The position numbers and the translations under genes were made by a program. Source: Elsinoe ampelina (lineage: Eukaryota). Taken from it: a stretch of 64,000 bases of DNA. The DNA is taken from the NCBI GenBank assembly GCA_010093995.1, contig ML992511.1, positions 912,155 to 976,154 of the forward strand, written 5' to 3'. The first letter of the stretch is position 1. Each line of letters opens with the position of its first letter. Under the pieces are notes generated by a model. That model saw nothing but the letters and a program-made list of their open reading frames with translations. It searched no databases and was not told the DNA's origin. Below, in pieces: positions 35,071 to 47,785 of the stretch.

Positions 35071-36227
35071 TTCGAAAGAGGGAGTTTGAGAAGCGAAACA
35101 AAGCCGAATGCGATCAAAGCTGCAACGCCACAAGGCGGTCAGGCACTTTGAGAGAGCTGGTGTTGGTTGCACTTGTTCCGCGCGCTCGGTAAAGGTCTAT
35201 CATGTTATTATTAGAGACGACTGGCGTCCTTGGCTGTGAGACTGTCGTCTATCTCGCCTGACCACATGCTAGTAATGATTTTTGCCACCGATAAGAGGTT
35301 ACTTGTACTGTAGATTGTGTTTTGTTCTCCACACCTTGATGCTTGCGTCTCTGCAGTGAGTCTCGCAATGACGATATTCAAGCGTCCAACAGAGCACTAG
35401 TCAATGACATTGCTGTTGGAAAAGATTGTGAGGGAAGGAGACGGCCAATCTCATCGTTTGCCGGCTGCCGTGCCGTGAAGCTCGACCTCACTTTTGACGG
35501 GGCATTTTGACAGATATCTACCGCCCACAACATCAGATTGATCGGAGTTTTCTCCTCGTCCAAAAATAGGAGAGACCGCTAATTCGACCAGTCTGGAAGA
35601 GAGTGCTGCTGCGGTCTCAGTCTTGCGACAACAATCTACGCGTCCGCCGTTACGAGCATGGGCGTTCAATGGGCCAACGACTTGATTAAATTGCATCTTA
35701 CCTGTCGTTGCTATTCGGAGATCTTCACAATGACAGTCCAGGCAATTGACTATCTCGCAATCACTGGTGAGGAGGCTTTGCGTACAGTCGAGCTGTATGT
35801 GTGAACCTGGACATTGTGCAGATTACCACCTCCAGCGCCGTACGCTGTGCGGTCGATTCTGCAGATACGCATGGCATGTCCACCATCTCCTGGTACATGT
35901 CCGGCTCCTTAAAAACATTGTCACCGGTATCGCAACGTTGAGCTGGACCCCAATGGTTCACAACGTCTTCGCACTGAACATGTTCGTGCCAATCATACCA
36001 AGCAAGCGCCCATGCTTGACTTTGACATGAAGCTCGTATACCAATAAGCTAGTCTAGAAGCCAAACGTCCTGGTTGTATCTGCGGATTCGATCTTATGTG
36101 GGTTGGTGCAGGTAAGCATGGACTCCAACCCGGTAAGCTTCTTCATAAGACCACCTCCACGCTCCTCCCACACCGACAACCACAGCACCCACGCGCTTTC
36201 ATGACACAATTCAACATCTCCAACACC

Positions 36228-36653
36228 ATGACGCGACTTTGCATCCTCACAGTCCTCGTCACACCTCTCCTCGCCGCTCCCATCACTTCCCAACCACCAC
36301 CCTATCTCTCCAAGACGCCCACCATACTCCATGACCAAGATCTCATCCTGCCCAACCAACCATCGTCACTCTACAAGCGATGCGGCTCCGCTCCCTGCCC
36401 TGTTCCAACCCGAGATAGTGTTGCATCTTTCATACCCTCAACAGCCGGTCCTTCGGTGCCGCAATCACAATCCGCACTTCAATCCTCTGGCCCAGGACAC
36501 TTTTTCGATTCTCTCCTCACACCTCCATCACAGAGGAGTGTGCCTGTAGTGGAAGGAGCGGAGGTGAGCACAGAAGACTGCGAGGATGGCACAGAACGGT
36601 CACAGCATGCAGGAGGACGAGTGGACGAGGGGGATGTCTTCGCTTCGTTTTGA
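36228..36653 (+). CDS. Putative small secreted orphan protein (141 aa)
   Basis: Signal-like MTRLCILTVLVTPLLA-API; LYKR dibasic site followed by CGSAPCP. Confidence 0.5.
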   Translation: MTRLCILTVLVTPLLAAPITSQPPPYLSKTPTILHDQDLILPNQPSSLYKRCGSAPCPVPTRDSVASFIPSTAGPSVPQSQSALQSSGPGHFFDSLLTPPSQRSVPVVEGAEVSTEDCEDGTERSQHAGGRVDEGDVFASF

Positions 36654-36994
36654 TGAAGAGGAAGGGAGTCGGTGCAGGGATGGAATAGATGAGGTAGTAT
36701 GAGGCTGTCTAGACGTGAGACTCTTCAGGCACGGTTGTTTTGGAACCAGGGACAGGAACGAGGATGGATCAATGAACGTACACTCATGAATGATAGATAT
36801 GATATGATATGTAAGAACAATGCAATGTTATGACCATTCTATGCGCGCACTGCACATTAGTCGATGCTGTGGACCTACAAGATCCCGATGCGCTGTCTCC
36901 ATGACAGATGGGTCATGACTCGCAAGGTACGGAAACCATTGCCTCCCAAACAAACGCCAATCTCCATTCATCTTTTACCATGTCCGTGTGCCGC

Positions 36995-37798
36995 CTACGG
37001 CCGATCCCCCTTTGCCGGCCGAATCATAATCAAATGCTCCATCCCCTGGGCCACAAACTTCTTACTATCAAACGGCAACCTCTCCTTCCCCTCGAACCCG
37101 TACCGTTGATAAAGCGGCACCCCATCATCGCTCCCCTCCAGATACGCCACCACATTCAACTTATCCGCCTCCGCCAGCCCCCACCTCAAGTGCATTCCCC
37201 CGATCCCTCTTCTGTGGTACTCCGGATCCGTGGCCAGGATATTCAGCAGCACATGCGCCTTGCCATTCAGGTACTTCTCCTTGCAGCTCTTGATTGCCTT
37301 GAAGAAAACTCCGAACGCCTCCTCGTTGCCAGTTGGTGGGAGGCCGGCTTCGTTGCTCAGTGCGGCTTCGGCGTCGAGTTCTGCTTTCGAGCGGTCTTTA
37401 GGGTAGATCTTCCAAACCGAGACGCCGGCGATGCGGCCCTCTGCTTTGGATTGTGCGGCTTCTGAAGGGGAGAGGCGGGCGAGGTCGGAGGCTAAGGGGG
37501 TTGCGGAGGTGTCGATGCAGACGAGGTGTTTGATGTAGTGTGCGTCTCGCGTCATGCTGTTGTGCAGGCTCTTTCGGGACCAGTCCATGTCGGCGTCTGT
37601 CTTGCCGTTGGGGAAGAACATGGCTGTCATTGTGGTGTTGAAGGCTGTGTCGATGATGCGGAGGTAGGCTTCGGAGTCGCGCGGGAGCATGGGGCGGAGG
37701 ATGAGGGACCCTTTCTGCTCGATGATGGGATGGGTGTCGGCGGCCATGACAGGGATTGTAGAGGTGGTGGTCCTGGTTGTTGTAGTGGTTGACGACAT
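36995..37798 (-). CDS. GNAT family N-acetyltransferase
   Basis: LNILATDPEYHRRGIGGM acetyl-CoA-binding motif A; AYLEGSDDGVPLYQRYGF motif B. Confidence 0.92.
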   Translation of the reverse strand: MSSTTTTTRTTTSTIPVMAADTHPIIEQKGSLILRPMLPRDSEAYLRIIDTAFNTTMTAMFFPNGKTDADMDWSRKSLHNSMTRDAHYIKHLVCIDTSATPLASDLARLSPSEAAQSKAEGRIAGVSVWKIYPKDRSKAELDAEAALSNEAGLPPTGNEEAFGVFFKAIKSCKEKYLNGKAHVLLNILATDPEYHRRGIGGMHLRWGLAEADKLNVVAYLEGSDDGVPLYQRYGFEGKERLPFDSKKFVAQGMEHLIMIRPAKGDRP

Positions 37799-38488
37799 CG
37801 GTGCGGCTGCGTCGTGCTTTGTTTCTGGCTGGGTTGAGCGGTGAGCAGCGCGAGAAGAGGAACAAAGGAGAAAACACAGAAAGCATATGTTCTGCTACGA
37901 ACCGTCGGATCATGCGTGCATCCTGTTGAGCATTGTCATACAGGGCTGGCCGTGACATGGTCTCACTCCGATAACTACTCCGGCTTGCATCGGTTGTAGG
38001 ATGTCTCGTGAGACCCCGGAGCCTTTTGCGGTACGAAATCCATGGGTCAGGGAGTTTTGGAAATGACCTCCTTGCCAGGGTCCAAGAGATGGAAGGCGTC
38101 AGTCAACCTTGCAGCTCTGTTGACATGGAGCCCCATTGATGTGTGCTGTCTGCATAGATGCGAAGAAGCCGACCTTGCGTGAGAGAATCGGAGTGGGTCC
38201 CGATGGCTTGGTCTGCCGCCGAAACTCTGTCGCAACTTTTGTTTTCTCCGAACTCCGCAGCTTCTACCTTAATTCCTTTGGGTCTTCTCATAAACACTTC
38301 AGACTTCACTGCCGAACGCGGGTGTCATAAACTCCTGGGCACAAATCATCTCGAAGCATCGAGGAAGTACGATATGTAACAAATAAATCTACTGGTCGAC
38401 CCTCAAGATCATGACCGCGCCATGGCATGCCCCTCCACAAGATGGCGGGGCACTTTTGTTCGCAGAATAGGACGGTGGGATATTTTTA

Positions 38489-39029
38489 CACTTGTCTCAA
38501 AACACTTTACGAGTCAGCTGTCAAGCCCAAAGCAGAAAAAGCTTGGCACATGTACGGTACGCCACATCTACGACAATGAAGGACTACGGTATGTCTTTTA
38601 AAGGAATACGAAGGTTAATTTTACTACTATATAGTTGCCGAGATATAGATATAGGAATAGGCACGGCTACTTAGATTTCGATAACCGTACTATAGTAAGT
38701 AGAATCTTTATTACGTAAGTAAACATTTAACATACCGTAGCTACGGTATTCTAAATCTTTATAGAGCAATACTTGGCTAAGGTTGTCTAGATCGAAGCTT
38801 ACGTAAAATCCGGGGAAATCTTGGCGTAGAATCCCAATTTAGATTTTAAGCTTTTTTATAGAAATTGATACATCTATCGATTGATATTATCTAGTAAGCT
38901 AGTTCTATAAGGAATAGATAGTATTATACTATTGTTTCTACGTAAGGAGGTTAAAACAGCTAAAAAGCTTAAATTGGGGGATATCGCCTAATGCGGTAAT
39001 CGCATTCTGCTCGAGTTTTGCGACAAGTG
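38489..39029. mobile_element. Non-autonomous TIR element (MITE-like, ~541 bp) with RIP-like interior
   Basis: TA|CACTTGTCTCAAAAC ... GTTTTGCGACAAGTG|TA; inverted symmetry extends to 38478-38503 / 39015-39040 (24/26); AT/TpA-rich interior with no ORF. Confidence 0.75.
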
Positions 39030-39199
39030 TAACAATATCCACCCATAAATAGCCGACAGCTCTGATTTAGCCTGAGCCTCCGGGTAATTGCCTTTACCAG
39101 CTCAAAGGTGGTTGCATACCATAAATACAATGCTCTTCGCAGATGATGTAAAGGTAGGTTTTGCTAGAATATTTACGAGACCAGCCTTGCTACGTCAAC

Positions 39200-40180
39200 A
39201 TGTCGGACGGACCGATCGTCAGCCACGTCTACACTGCAGATCCCTCGGCCCATGTCTTCAAGGGCAAGCTGTACGTCTACCCTTCACACGATATCGATGC
39301 TGGAATCGAGGACAATGACAATGGCGACCAGTATGCCATGAATGATTACCATGTCTTCAGTATGGACCAAGTCGGCGGCCCTGTCAAGGATCACGGTGTA
39401 GTGCTCTCACAAAAGGACATCCCGTGGGTCTCGAAACAGCTCTGGGCGCCTGACGCCGCTGAGAAGAATGGCAAATACTACCTCTACTTTCCCGCTAGAG
39501 ACAAGGATGGCATCTTCCGGATAGGCGTTGCAGAAGGCACAGACCCTGCAGGCCCATTTAAACCTGATCCAGACTACATCAAAGGGTCATACAGCATCGA
39601 TCCTGCCAGCTTCGTAGATGAGGATGGCTCAGCATACCTGTACATGGGTGGTATCTGGGGTGGCCAGCTGCAATGTTGGCAGGAGAAGGGCAAGTTTGAC
39701 GAGAAATGGTCCGGGCCGCAAGAACCAAAGGGCGAGGGTGTATACGCCTTGTCCCCAATTGTTGCAAAGTTAAGCGACGACATGCACAGCCTTGTCGAGG
39801 AGCCCAAGGAGGTGGACATTCTTGCTCCAGAAACGGGCAAGAAGATACTGGCTGATGACCACGACCGTCGATTCTTCGAGGCTGCATGGCTTCACAAGTA
39901 CAAGGGCAAATACTACTTCAGCTACTCGACAGGGGACACCCATTACCTGGCATACGCCACTGGTACAAGCCCGTACGGTCCTTTCACGTATGAGGGCAGA
40001 ATCTTGGAGCCGGTCGAAGGGTGGACCACTCATCACAGTATCGTCGAATACCAGGGCCGCTGGTTCCTCTTCCATCACGACAGCTCGCTTTCTGGCGGCA
40101 AGAACCATCTTCGCTCCGTCAAAATCAAGGAGATTTTCTACGACGAGCAAGGCAAGATCAAGCCAGTGCCCACGTCCTAA
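39200..40180 (+). CDS. GH43 beta-xylosidase/alpha-L-arabinofuranosidase (intracellular, 326 aa)
   Basis: YTADPSAHVF, QLWAPDAA, SIDPASFVD, RRFFEAAW, GWTTHHSIVE; ATG at 39200. Confidence 0.95.
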   Translation: MSDGPIVSHVYTADPSAHVFKGKLYVYPSHDIDAGIEDNDNGDQYAMNDYHVFSMDQVGGPVKDHGVVLSQKDIPWVSKQLWAPDAAEKNGKYYLYFPARDKDGIFRIGVAEGTDPAGPFKPDPDYIKGSYSIDPASFVDEDGSAYLYMGGIWGGQLQCWQEKGKFDEKWSGPQEPKGEGVYALSPIVAKLSDDMHSLVEEPKEVDILAPETGKKILADDHDRRFFEAAWLHKYKGKYYFSYSTGDTHYLAYATGTSPYGPFTYEGRILEPVEGWTTHHSIVEYQGRWFLFHHDSSLSGGKNHLRSVKIKEIFYDEQGKIKPVPTS

Positions 40181-41047
40181 GTCCGCGCCAAGCACTGGTA
40201 TCGAGTCTGAAGAAAACGATGCAATCGGGTTCTGCCACAACTGCCTGGGCAGCTTCTTGCGATTTGGAAGGGCCCAGAATCGTGCCTAATGAGTGACTGC
40301 ACTCGATCCCGGCGGGACTCCATACAGAGCCTCTGGAGCAGTGTTCTTGTACATAGACCTACGCTCTGTGATTTTGCATGTATAGGCAGAACTATCACCC
40401 AGCGTTCTCTGCCAAAGTTCGCAACGTATTTTTGAATCGGAAACTAATCTACCTATCTTGACCTCGCAACAACGATCTTGCTTAAACGTCGTGTTTTGCC
40501 TTGAGGACGTTGCCGGCAGGCGGCTTGGCAGCTTCGATCTCATCCAAGAGGCCTACTGTCTGTTTTGTTATCTGCCTGTTCTTCACATCAACATTACTTC
40601 CATCAATTTCATCATTACAACAGTGCCATCATCGGCACTCAACGTGTGACTATTGACACGCTTGATCCGGACCGCCCGAGGCACGGCTGGAAAACGGGTC
40701 GCAAGGTATGGCAATTATTTTACATTCCGCAACCAGATCATGTCTCGACAATGGCCGTTGTGCTCCCGGTCTACCGGCAACGGCCATTACCATGTCAAAG
40801 GTATTGAAAGACCCAACGTCTACCTGCAGTCCTGTCTTTCTCGTCGCATGCCGTGCTTTATCTGGACGAGTGGACCGCCATTGACCGGAAACGACGTTCG
40901 TGGCGTAACCAGGTCGCTTCGGTGCTTGTACAAATCAACGTCTTCATCCTCCGCGGATCTTTGAAGGACGATCTCTGTCTTCTGAAGACTCTACGCACAT
41001 GAGACCTGCTTGAGCACTGCCGTGCGGTGTCGGCAGTCACTACCGTC

Positions 41048-42361
41048 ATGGCGCTCATGCCACCCGCAGTGCCGGGAGAATACCACGATCCCCACGACGT
41101 CCGACATGTGCATCTCTTCGTTGTGGTAGTAGCATTCTTCCTGCTATCATGGATTACAGTACTTCTCCGACTCTATGTTCGATCCAGGATGCTCTCCTCG
41201 GTTGGTCGCGACGACTATATCATGTTCGCCACGCAGATCATCTTTACGGTACATGAAATCTTCCAGATACTGGACATATGGTACGGGAATGGGCGGCATA
41301 TAGAATATCTCACGCAGGAGCATGCTGAGCTATCGCTAAAGGTAAGTCATATCCCAGCTGTATGTCATAGACTTGACTGACAAGCTGGTAGTACTGGTAC
41401 GCCTGTGGGGTGTTCTACATCACTGGCACGAGTACACTCAAAGTGGCTGTCGGCGTCTTTCTATTGCGCTTCGTAACGACTCGATTACAGACATGGACAG
41501 TCTATCTCCTCAACTCCGTCGCAATCGTACTCGGTATAGCTTACCTGGTCTTCTTCCTCGCCCTATGCCGTCCGATGTCGCTCTGGTGGAACCTTGATCC
41601 TGATGCTCCAGGCTATTGTATCTCGGCCGATATTTTCTTGAGTGTCGGATATGCCGCAGCGGGACTGAACGCTCTCGCCGATGGTGCATTCGCAGCCTTG
41701 CCTGCGGTCATTGTCTGGAGAACCTCGATGGACCGTCGGACGAGAATCGTTGTTAGCTGTTTGTTGGGCGTTGGCTCTCTGTGAGTATTGAGCCCATGCT
41801 GAGGCCATGATTGCTGACTCACAAAGGGCTTGCATCGGCACAATCATCCGCATTGGCTTCGGCACCAGCTTCAAGGGATACAAAGGTGATTTCCTCTACG
41901 AAACCACTCCTATCGCTGTCCTGTCGACTCTGGAATTGGGCTTCGGCATTGTCACTGCCAACATGGCAACACTTCGACCACTCTTTCAGCGATTCTTCCC
42001 ATCATCTTTTGTTGGCAGCGATCAGAGAAGAACAGCTACTTTCGATTTGGAAGAGACCGGTGACGAAGGCAAGCTGAGGGTAGTCAAGCGCACCAGTGCA
42101 AGGAAGAGTCGACCAGGACAGAATATCCGCTCGCTCACAGGACGGGAGTCGATAGGCAACATGCCAGACCTGATGCTGGTCAGGGAGGTCAAAGAGGAGG
42201 ATCTGCTGGGGACGATACAAGGACTCGAAGATGATGGCCAGAACAACAGCGCTACCGGACCGCCACGAAGCAACAGTGCGTCTTTCATGGCACGGATACC
42301 ACGAGTCTCCCGGCTGTCGTTACAATGGCCGCTGCGGCAGGACAGCGCAGCAGATCGGTAG
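41048..42361 (+). CDS. PTH11-like (fungal rhodopsin-domain) integral membrane protein without CFEM
   Basis: Exons 41048-41341, 41392-41780 and 41827-42361; LRLYVR..GRDDY, CRPMSLWWN, LELGFGIVTANMATLRPLF; about 7 hydrophobic segments. Confidence 0.88.
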
Positions 42362-42884
42362 GCATGACGTAGCCTTTTAGCTATGTCTCGTCTTTCATAC
42401 CACACTCAGCATAGCGATTTTGTTTGCATATACCCAGAATCGAAACACCATATGGCTCAAGCCCAGATACTTACCTTCTTACCCTTCTCATGCACTTCTA
42501 ACTGAACGCACAATCTACTGATGCAGACTCTCAGCACTGTAGTATTTCTAGTTGCTGGCCAGTGACCAGCGAGCTCAATATCCGGTCAATGCTTGGCAAC
42601 ACGTGCCTTCACGGCACTTCGACCAATGAGACGGTCCATGTTGCCACAGCAAGCACCTTCTCACGCAACTACCACATCACTTGCCGAATGAGGCAATTCT
42701 CGCTTCTACGCGATTCACGACGCGATTCACAACAGAACTTCTTTCTGCTAACAAGACATCAATCTTTCATCCTCCGCTTCCCCAACAAGCCACTCCAGTC
42801 ATCCCTCATACACCACCTCTCACTTCTCACAGTCACAAGATAGCACAGCCTCCTCCTTCCAATCTTAATAGCACAGAAAGAACC

Positions 42885-44308
42885 ATGCAAGGCAACCTCC
42901 CCTACCCCCTCAAGCTCCTGACCCTCCAACAGCTCTACGCCGCCATGCGCAAATCCCACCCACACTCTACCGAGGTCACTGCTTTCTACCCCCGCATCGA
43001 GGCACTCGATCGCACCCCCAACCATGCGATGCGCTTGTCGGAGCTGCATCGCATTCACAATAGCCTTTGCGAGGTGAGGGTGAGGTTGGAGAAGGACAAG
43101 ATAGGGAGGACAGTGGTGCGAAAAGGAATGGGAGGGTCGAAGGGACTTGGCGGGAAGAAAAAGATGGGAAAGAATGAAAGGAGGTTGAAGACAGGTCCGG
43201 GAGCAGGGGAAAAGGGCTTCACTGTCATTTCGGGTGAGGAGGGCGGGGTCAAGAAGGGGAGAGGGCTCTTGGCGAAAGACGAAAGCATGAGTGACGTGGA
43301 AGAAGGTGAGGTGGTTGAGGGTGCGAAAAACTCCGGGGTCGTCTATGGACAGGCTTTGCAACCTGTCCCTAGGTTCAGTGGAAGTACAACATCGGTGCGG
43401 AAGACAGGTGGCATCATTCCGGGGATTGCGCCCCCGCTCCCTCAGAGCACAGGTGGCTATGTCCCTGGCATGATGCCGCCGACTGCGCCGAGAGCATTCG
43501 GGATTCCGGGTGGTCCAGAAGGCGAGCACGAGAGGCGCTTACAGCGCGACCGTCAGCAGCAGCTTCAGCAGATCGAGGGGAAGAGGAAGGAGCTCGAGGA
43601 CAGCCGTGCGGCTTTGCAAAAGCAAATGGACGACTTCCACTCCGCATTGGCGTTGGAGAAAGAGGCGCAGCAGAAGGCAAGGAAGGAGATCAAGGCGCAG
43701 CGCAAGGAGCTGGATGGTGTGAAGATGAGGATACAGCAGGAGCAGAATGCCGAGGAGGAGCGGATGGTCCGCGAGCGTGCGGACTTGGTGCACCCGCAAG
43801 AGTCGTTGGCTGAGAAGCAGAGGTTGTGGAGGGAGGAGAAAGTCAAGGAGGACGGGGAGATAGAGGATGTGGGGAAGAGACACGGGGTCATCCTGGCGCT
43901 GCTTGCAGACCTGGCTGAGATCAGAGGCTGGGTCCTCTGCGATCGCAAGGTTGACATCAACGCGTCCGGGGTAGCCCGCAACGTAGGTGCTCATTTTTTT
44001 GGACACGTGTGGAATTTGACAAGACACAGATGATCAACGCCCGTCAGTCTCTTGATGGCACATTTGTCTTCGATAACATGGAGATGGTGATCGGCTTTGA
44101 GGGCTATCTTCAGACTAAGGAGATCAAGTCCCTCTGGGTCGAGACGGTGCTTGACTTGGCTTTCAACATAGTTCATAAGGTCGGGAAGATGCATTCCAAT
44201 GAGGAAAAGAACGATGAAGTGGTGGGCATGGTCAAAGAGCTGGTGCTTCTGCTGGAGCAGGAACCTCTGCAGGAGGGCCAGGTGTCCTGGTTTGCCGGGA
44301 TGATTTGA
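42885..44308 (+). CDS. Hypothetical coiled-coil protein
   Basis: Long ORF with a charged heptad region; intron 43983-44029 joins it in frame to a terminal exon. Confidence 0.6.
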
Positions 44309-44632
44309 TCTTGGCGTCTGAGGTTCCTCCGTTGGCGTCAGAGTGAATGGTGATTAATGGTCAAGTAAAGCACATGGCCCTTATGATTGGTAACTTCCAT
44401 TGTCTTTTCAAGCTGAGTCCCTTTGCAAATTTCATCCTGCTCGATTTCCTTTTCCTGTGTGTTTTATGAAGCTTGGTTTGAGAAAGACCTGTGTGACCAC
44501 ATCTCAAGTCGTGAATATTCTATCCTCTCATCATGAAGCGGTTGACTGATAGTGACCAACAACACTGCAAATATATCATGGAAACTTTGACCTGGATCGG
44601 ACAACGACAGCTCAACTGCTGCACATGACGCT

Positions 44633-45180
44633 ATGCCACCCTACGGCGACCTTGAGGCAAACATGGAGGAGTGGCATCGTGGCCGGCGTATACTACAGCG
44701 AATCATCGAATGGCTGGACGAGTTAGTTATATATGTGACTGGAGAATACTCCAAGGGTACACAAGATCTCGGCACGGTGAGTCACCATGCTATCTCAATC
44801 CTAGCACACTAAACACCGGTCAGCTCCAAGATGTCTACGTCCACCTACACAATACAGCCTGGCTACAAGTTCACTGGCATGTGCTGAATGAGTTTTATGC
44901 GTTCCTGGATCACAGTCGATACTGCCTGGACCTGTATGACAAGTGCGCTTTGGCGCTCGCCCACGTGCTGCTCAATGCGCGTATGCTACTCGAAGCAGTG
45001 GATCGAGACTTCCAGGGCGTTTTTGGCATGTGCATCAACGAGATGGCGAGGGGCACATGTGATTGGCTTCATGCTCGGGCTGTATGGGTACGGGCAAGAA
45101 GACACCACAACGACCACGCTGCACAATTTGGACATCTCTTAAGTCGCTATACGACGAGGCGAGCTGTGGTTTTGGATTAA
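44633..45180 (+). CDS. Hypothetical helical protein (2 exons)
   Basis: Exons 44633-44776 and 44824-45180; GTGAGT..CTAAA..CAG intron keeps frame. Confidence 0.45.
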
Positions 45181-45451
45181 GGCTGAGTATGTCTGCTGGC
45201 ATGAGTAACATTTACTAAATTCAGGATTAGGTCATCTGCGCTGCGGGATATTTGTCGTTTGTCTTCATGCAGCTACCCGGTATGTGACAGGGATGTACTG
45301 GACAAACGGAATCGCAGAAGCTAACAGAACTTGTAGATGTTTTCACATCTTCGACATATCTTATGAGGTCATTTTCAGAATTTCACATATACATTCGGTC
45401 TTTTTCACATCACTTTTTGATATACATCAACTTTGCATCACCTGGCCCAGC

Positions 45452-46116
45452 ATGGATATATCCAACGGTCAGGCTCAGAAAGAGCACAGCATAGGGTCAA
45501 CACAGTCGCCAGGACCGAAGATCGACAATGAGACCGCAGTCGCCGCTATGAAAGACACATGTTCACCGTCAGACCATGATCTCACCCATGAGTCCAACAC
45601 GGAAGACCATGGAGATGCCGCTCTATCGACCGCTCCCATCGAAACCTCTCAGAACGAAGAGAAAAAGCTCTCACGAGCTGCTAGTATCGCATACATCCAC
45701 CTCCTCGGGCTGACCATGGTCAACGTCCTACTCCTACTTCCCTTGGCTCCCAACGTCATGCGCATCGCCACAACCATGGAGACCGTAAGTACATGAAGTC
45801 CTCTCACCACCACCCATCTCTGACGCCCAAGACTCAAATGATCCTCGACGAAGCCCTTCTCACCGCAGAAACCGACCAGATCGACCAGATCGAAGAAGTC
45901 ACGGAGGCGTTCGACGAGGTTCACGCGTATACGCAGATGATGGCGCGCGTGATGGAGTTGTCGCGTGAGGTTAAGGACCTGGCGTTTACGGCTATGGATG
46001 CGTTGGCTGAGGGGGATGAAGAGGAGGGTTTGAGGGTGTATAAGGAGGTGGTGGCGAAGCAGAAGGAGATGAAGGGGGCGATTGAGAGTGTGGATGGGTT
46101 GGTGGGTGGTATTTGA
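45452..46116 (+). CDS. Hypothetical acidic protein (2 exons)
   Basis: Exons 45452-45784 and 45832-46116; GTAAGT..CTGAC..AAG intron, phase 0. Confidence 0.55.
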
Positions 46117-46703
46117 TCTGGGTTGAGAGCAGGGATCAGGGGCAAAGAAATGGATCTGGTTGACATCTGAAGAGGGTGGAAATGAATGGCTCAGGCTTCA
46201 GGAGTGGATTTGGAGACATGTGCTACATGCGAAGGTGAGGGAGGAGAATGAGAAGTTGTGGCCTGAATTGGGGGTGCCGCTTTTTGTTGGGTGATGGGGT
46301 GGAGGTGGATGTTGGTGAGGGGGTGAGGTGGAGCATCATGGAGAAGGCCAGGACTTGATAACCTTGAGATGTAGGTGAGTCGTGGATGCTAGGTGAATGG
46401 CAGAGATAAGCGTCACATTTCTGTTGGGGAATGACTGCAGTCAAGGCTGCGAAGATGAAACGAAAACGTCTGCTTTGTGAACATGTTCTTTCGCGTGATT
46501 GCTTTGCTGCCGGAGACTCACCAGCGCCACGTCATGTGAAAAGGTCCACTAACGAAGAACTTCCAGACCTTTTATTTCACTTACACCCAAAAACGGCATC
46601 TGAGCATCACAGCAAGTTTGTGAGACGCTCCCACAGTCGTCCACTCATCACCTCTCGCTCAAATCAGACTCACATATCCTATCGCGAGACGCTGCTTGGT
46701 ACG

Positions 46704-47320
46704 ATGTCTACCCAGACGCCGGCGCAGCAAGTTCAGGAGGGAACGCATGAGACTGATGTTCCAACCACGGACTCTGGGCATGAGGACGATGCGCGTGGTG
46801 ACAAGGATCAAGCCGATGCCAAATGCGCAGACGACGAGCCGGACCAGATAGATTTTGAGGCACCTCATCAAGACTATGCCGCCAAATTGGCCAAGATCAA
46901 AGCGTGGCTTGCAGCACCGCGCGTCTCGGATACAATAGTGAGAGACTAGCTGAATCTGGTAGGATTTCCGCGATCGCAGGGATGCCCTATAGCTAATCGT
47001 ACTCCACGCAGGCCCAGATGGATCATGATGAAGAACTCATGTGGGGTTTGGAAGACACCACGACAGAAGCCCTAGAGCACAGCGAGACGCTTCTCAATCT
47101 GAACCACGAGATGCTGGAACGCATGGACGAGTATAATGAGAAATGAAAGAAGATGGTGGATGTGTTTGAGGCGGTCGTGGCCGCTTGCAAGGAAGAAGAC
47201 GAAGCAAGATTGATGGCCCTAAACGAAGACCTTCTCAGGGAAGAACCCATACTGCTTGATTTGAGGACGTGTTCGACGCTGCGGAGGAGTTCCATAACTT
47301 CGAGTGAGAGAGATCTTTAG
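46704..47320 (+). pseudogene. Hypothetical acidic protein gene with in-frame TGA at 47144-47146
   Basis: Exons 46704-46937 and 47012 onward (GTGAGA..GCTAAT..CAG); helical-looking frame continues ~57 codons past the TGA. Confidence 0.4.
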
Positions 47321-47785
47321 ATTCAGGCGTCGTTGTTCTGTGCTAGTCGGCTCGTTCTAGAGAAGCTGGTAGGATGTCTTCGGAGGATCGGACGTCTGGC
47401 TGCTATCGAGATTTTTAGGTTGTTAGTCACACTTCAGAAAGGCAGGAATCATAGGAATACTCCAGCATCTGGTAGGAATGCTAGTACAAATACTACCAGG
47501 CTTGACCAACAAAACTCAAACTCTGCCCTTCGTGCTTAAATGCTAGGTTCTGGTAGTAATTATACTATAAGTCCTACCAGTACTGACATTCCTCAGACAC
47601 CGAGAAGTGTGGCTGATAACATAAAACTCTCGGTAAGAACGTCAGCCGCAATAGCATCACAAAGCTCACCAAACCGAGCAGCCCCATACCCAAATTGACA
47701 CATCACCCCACTCTTCCAATCAATACATCACATCTACCTACCCATGCCTTACCAGAATGCGCTAGCCCCTTCCTCCCCTCTTCCC

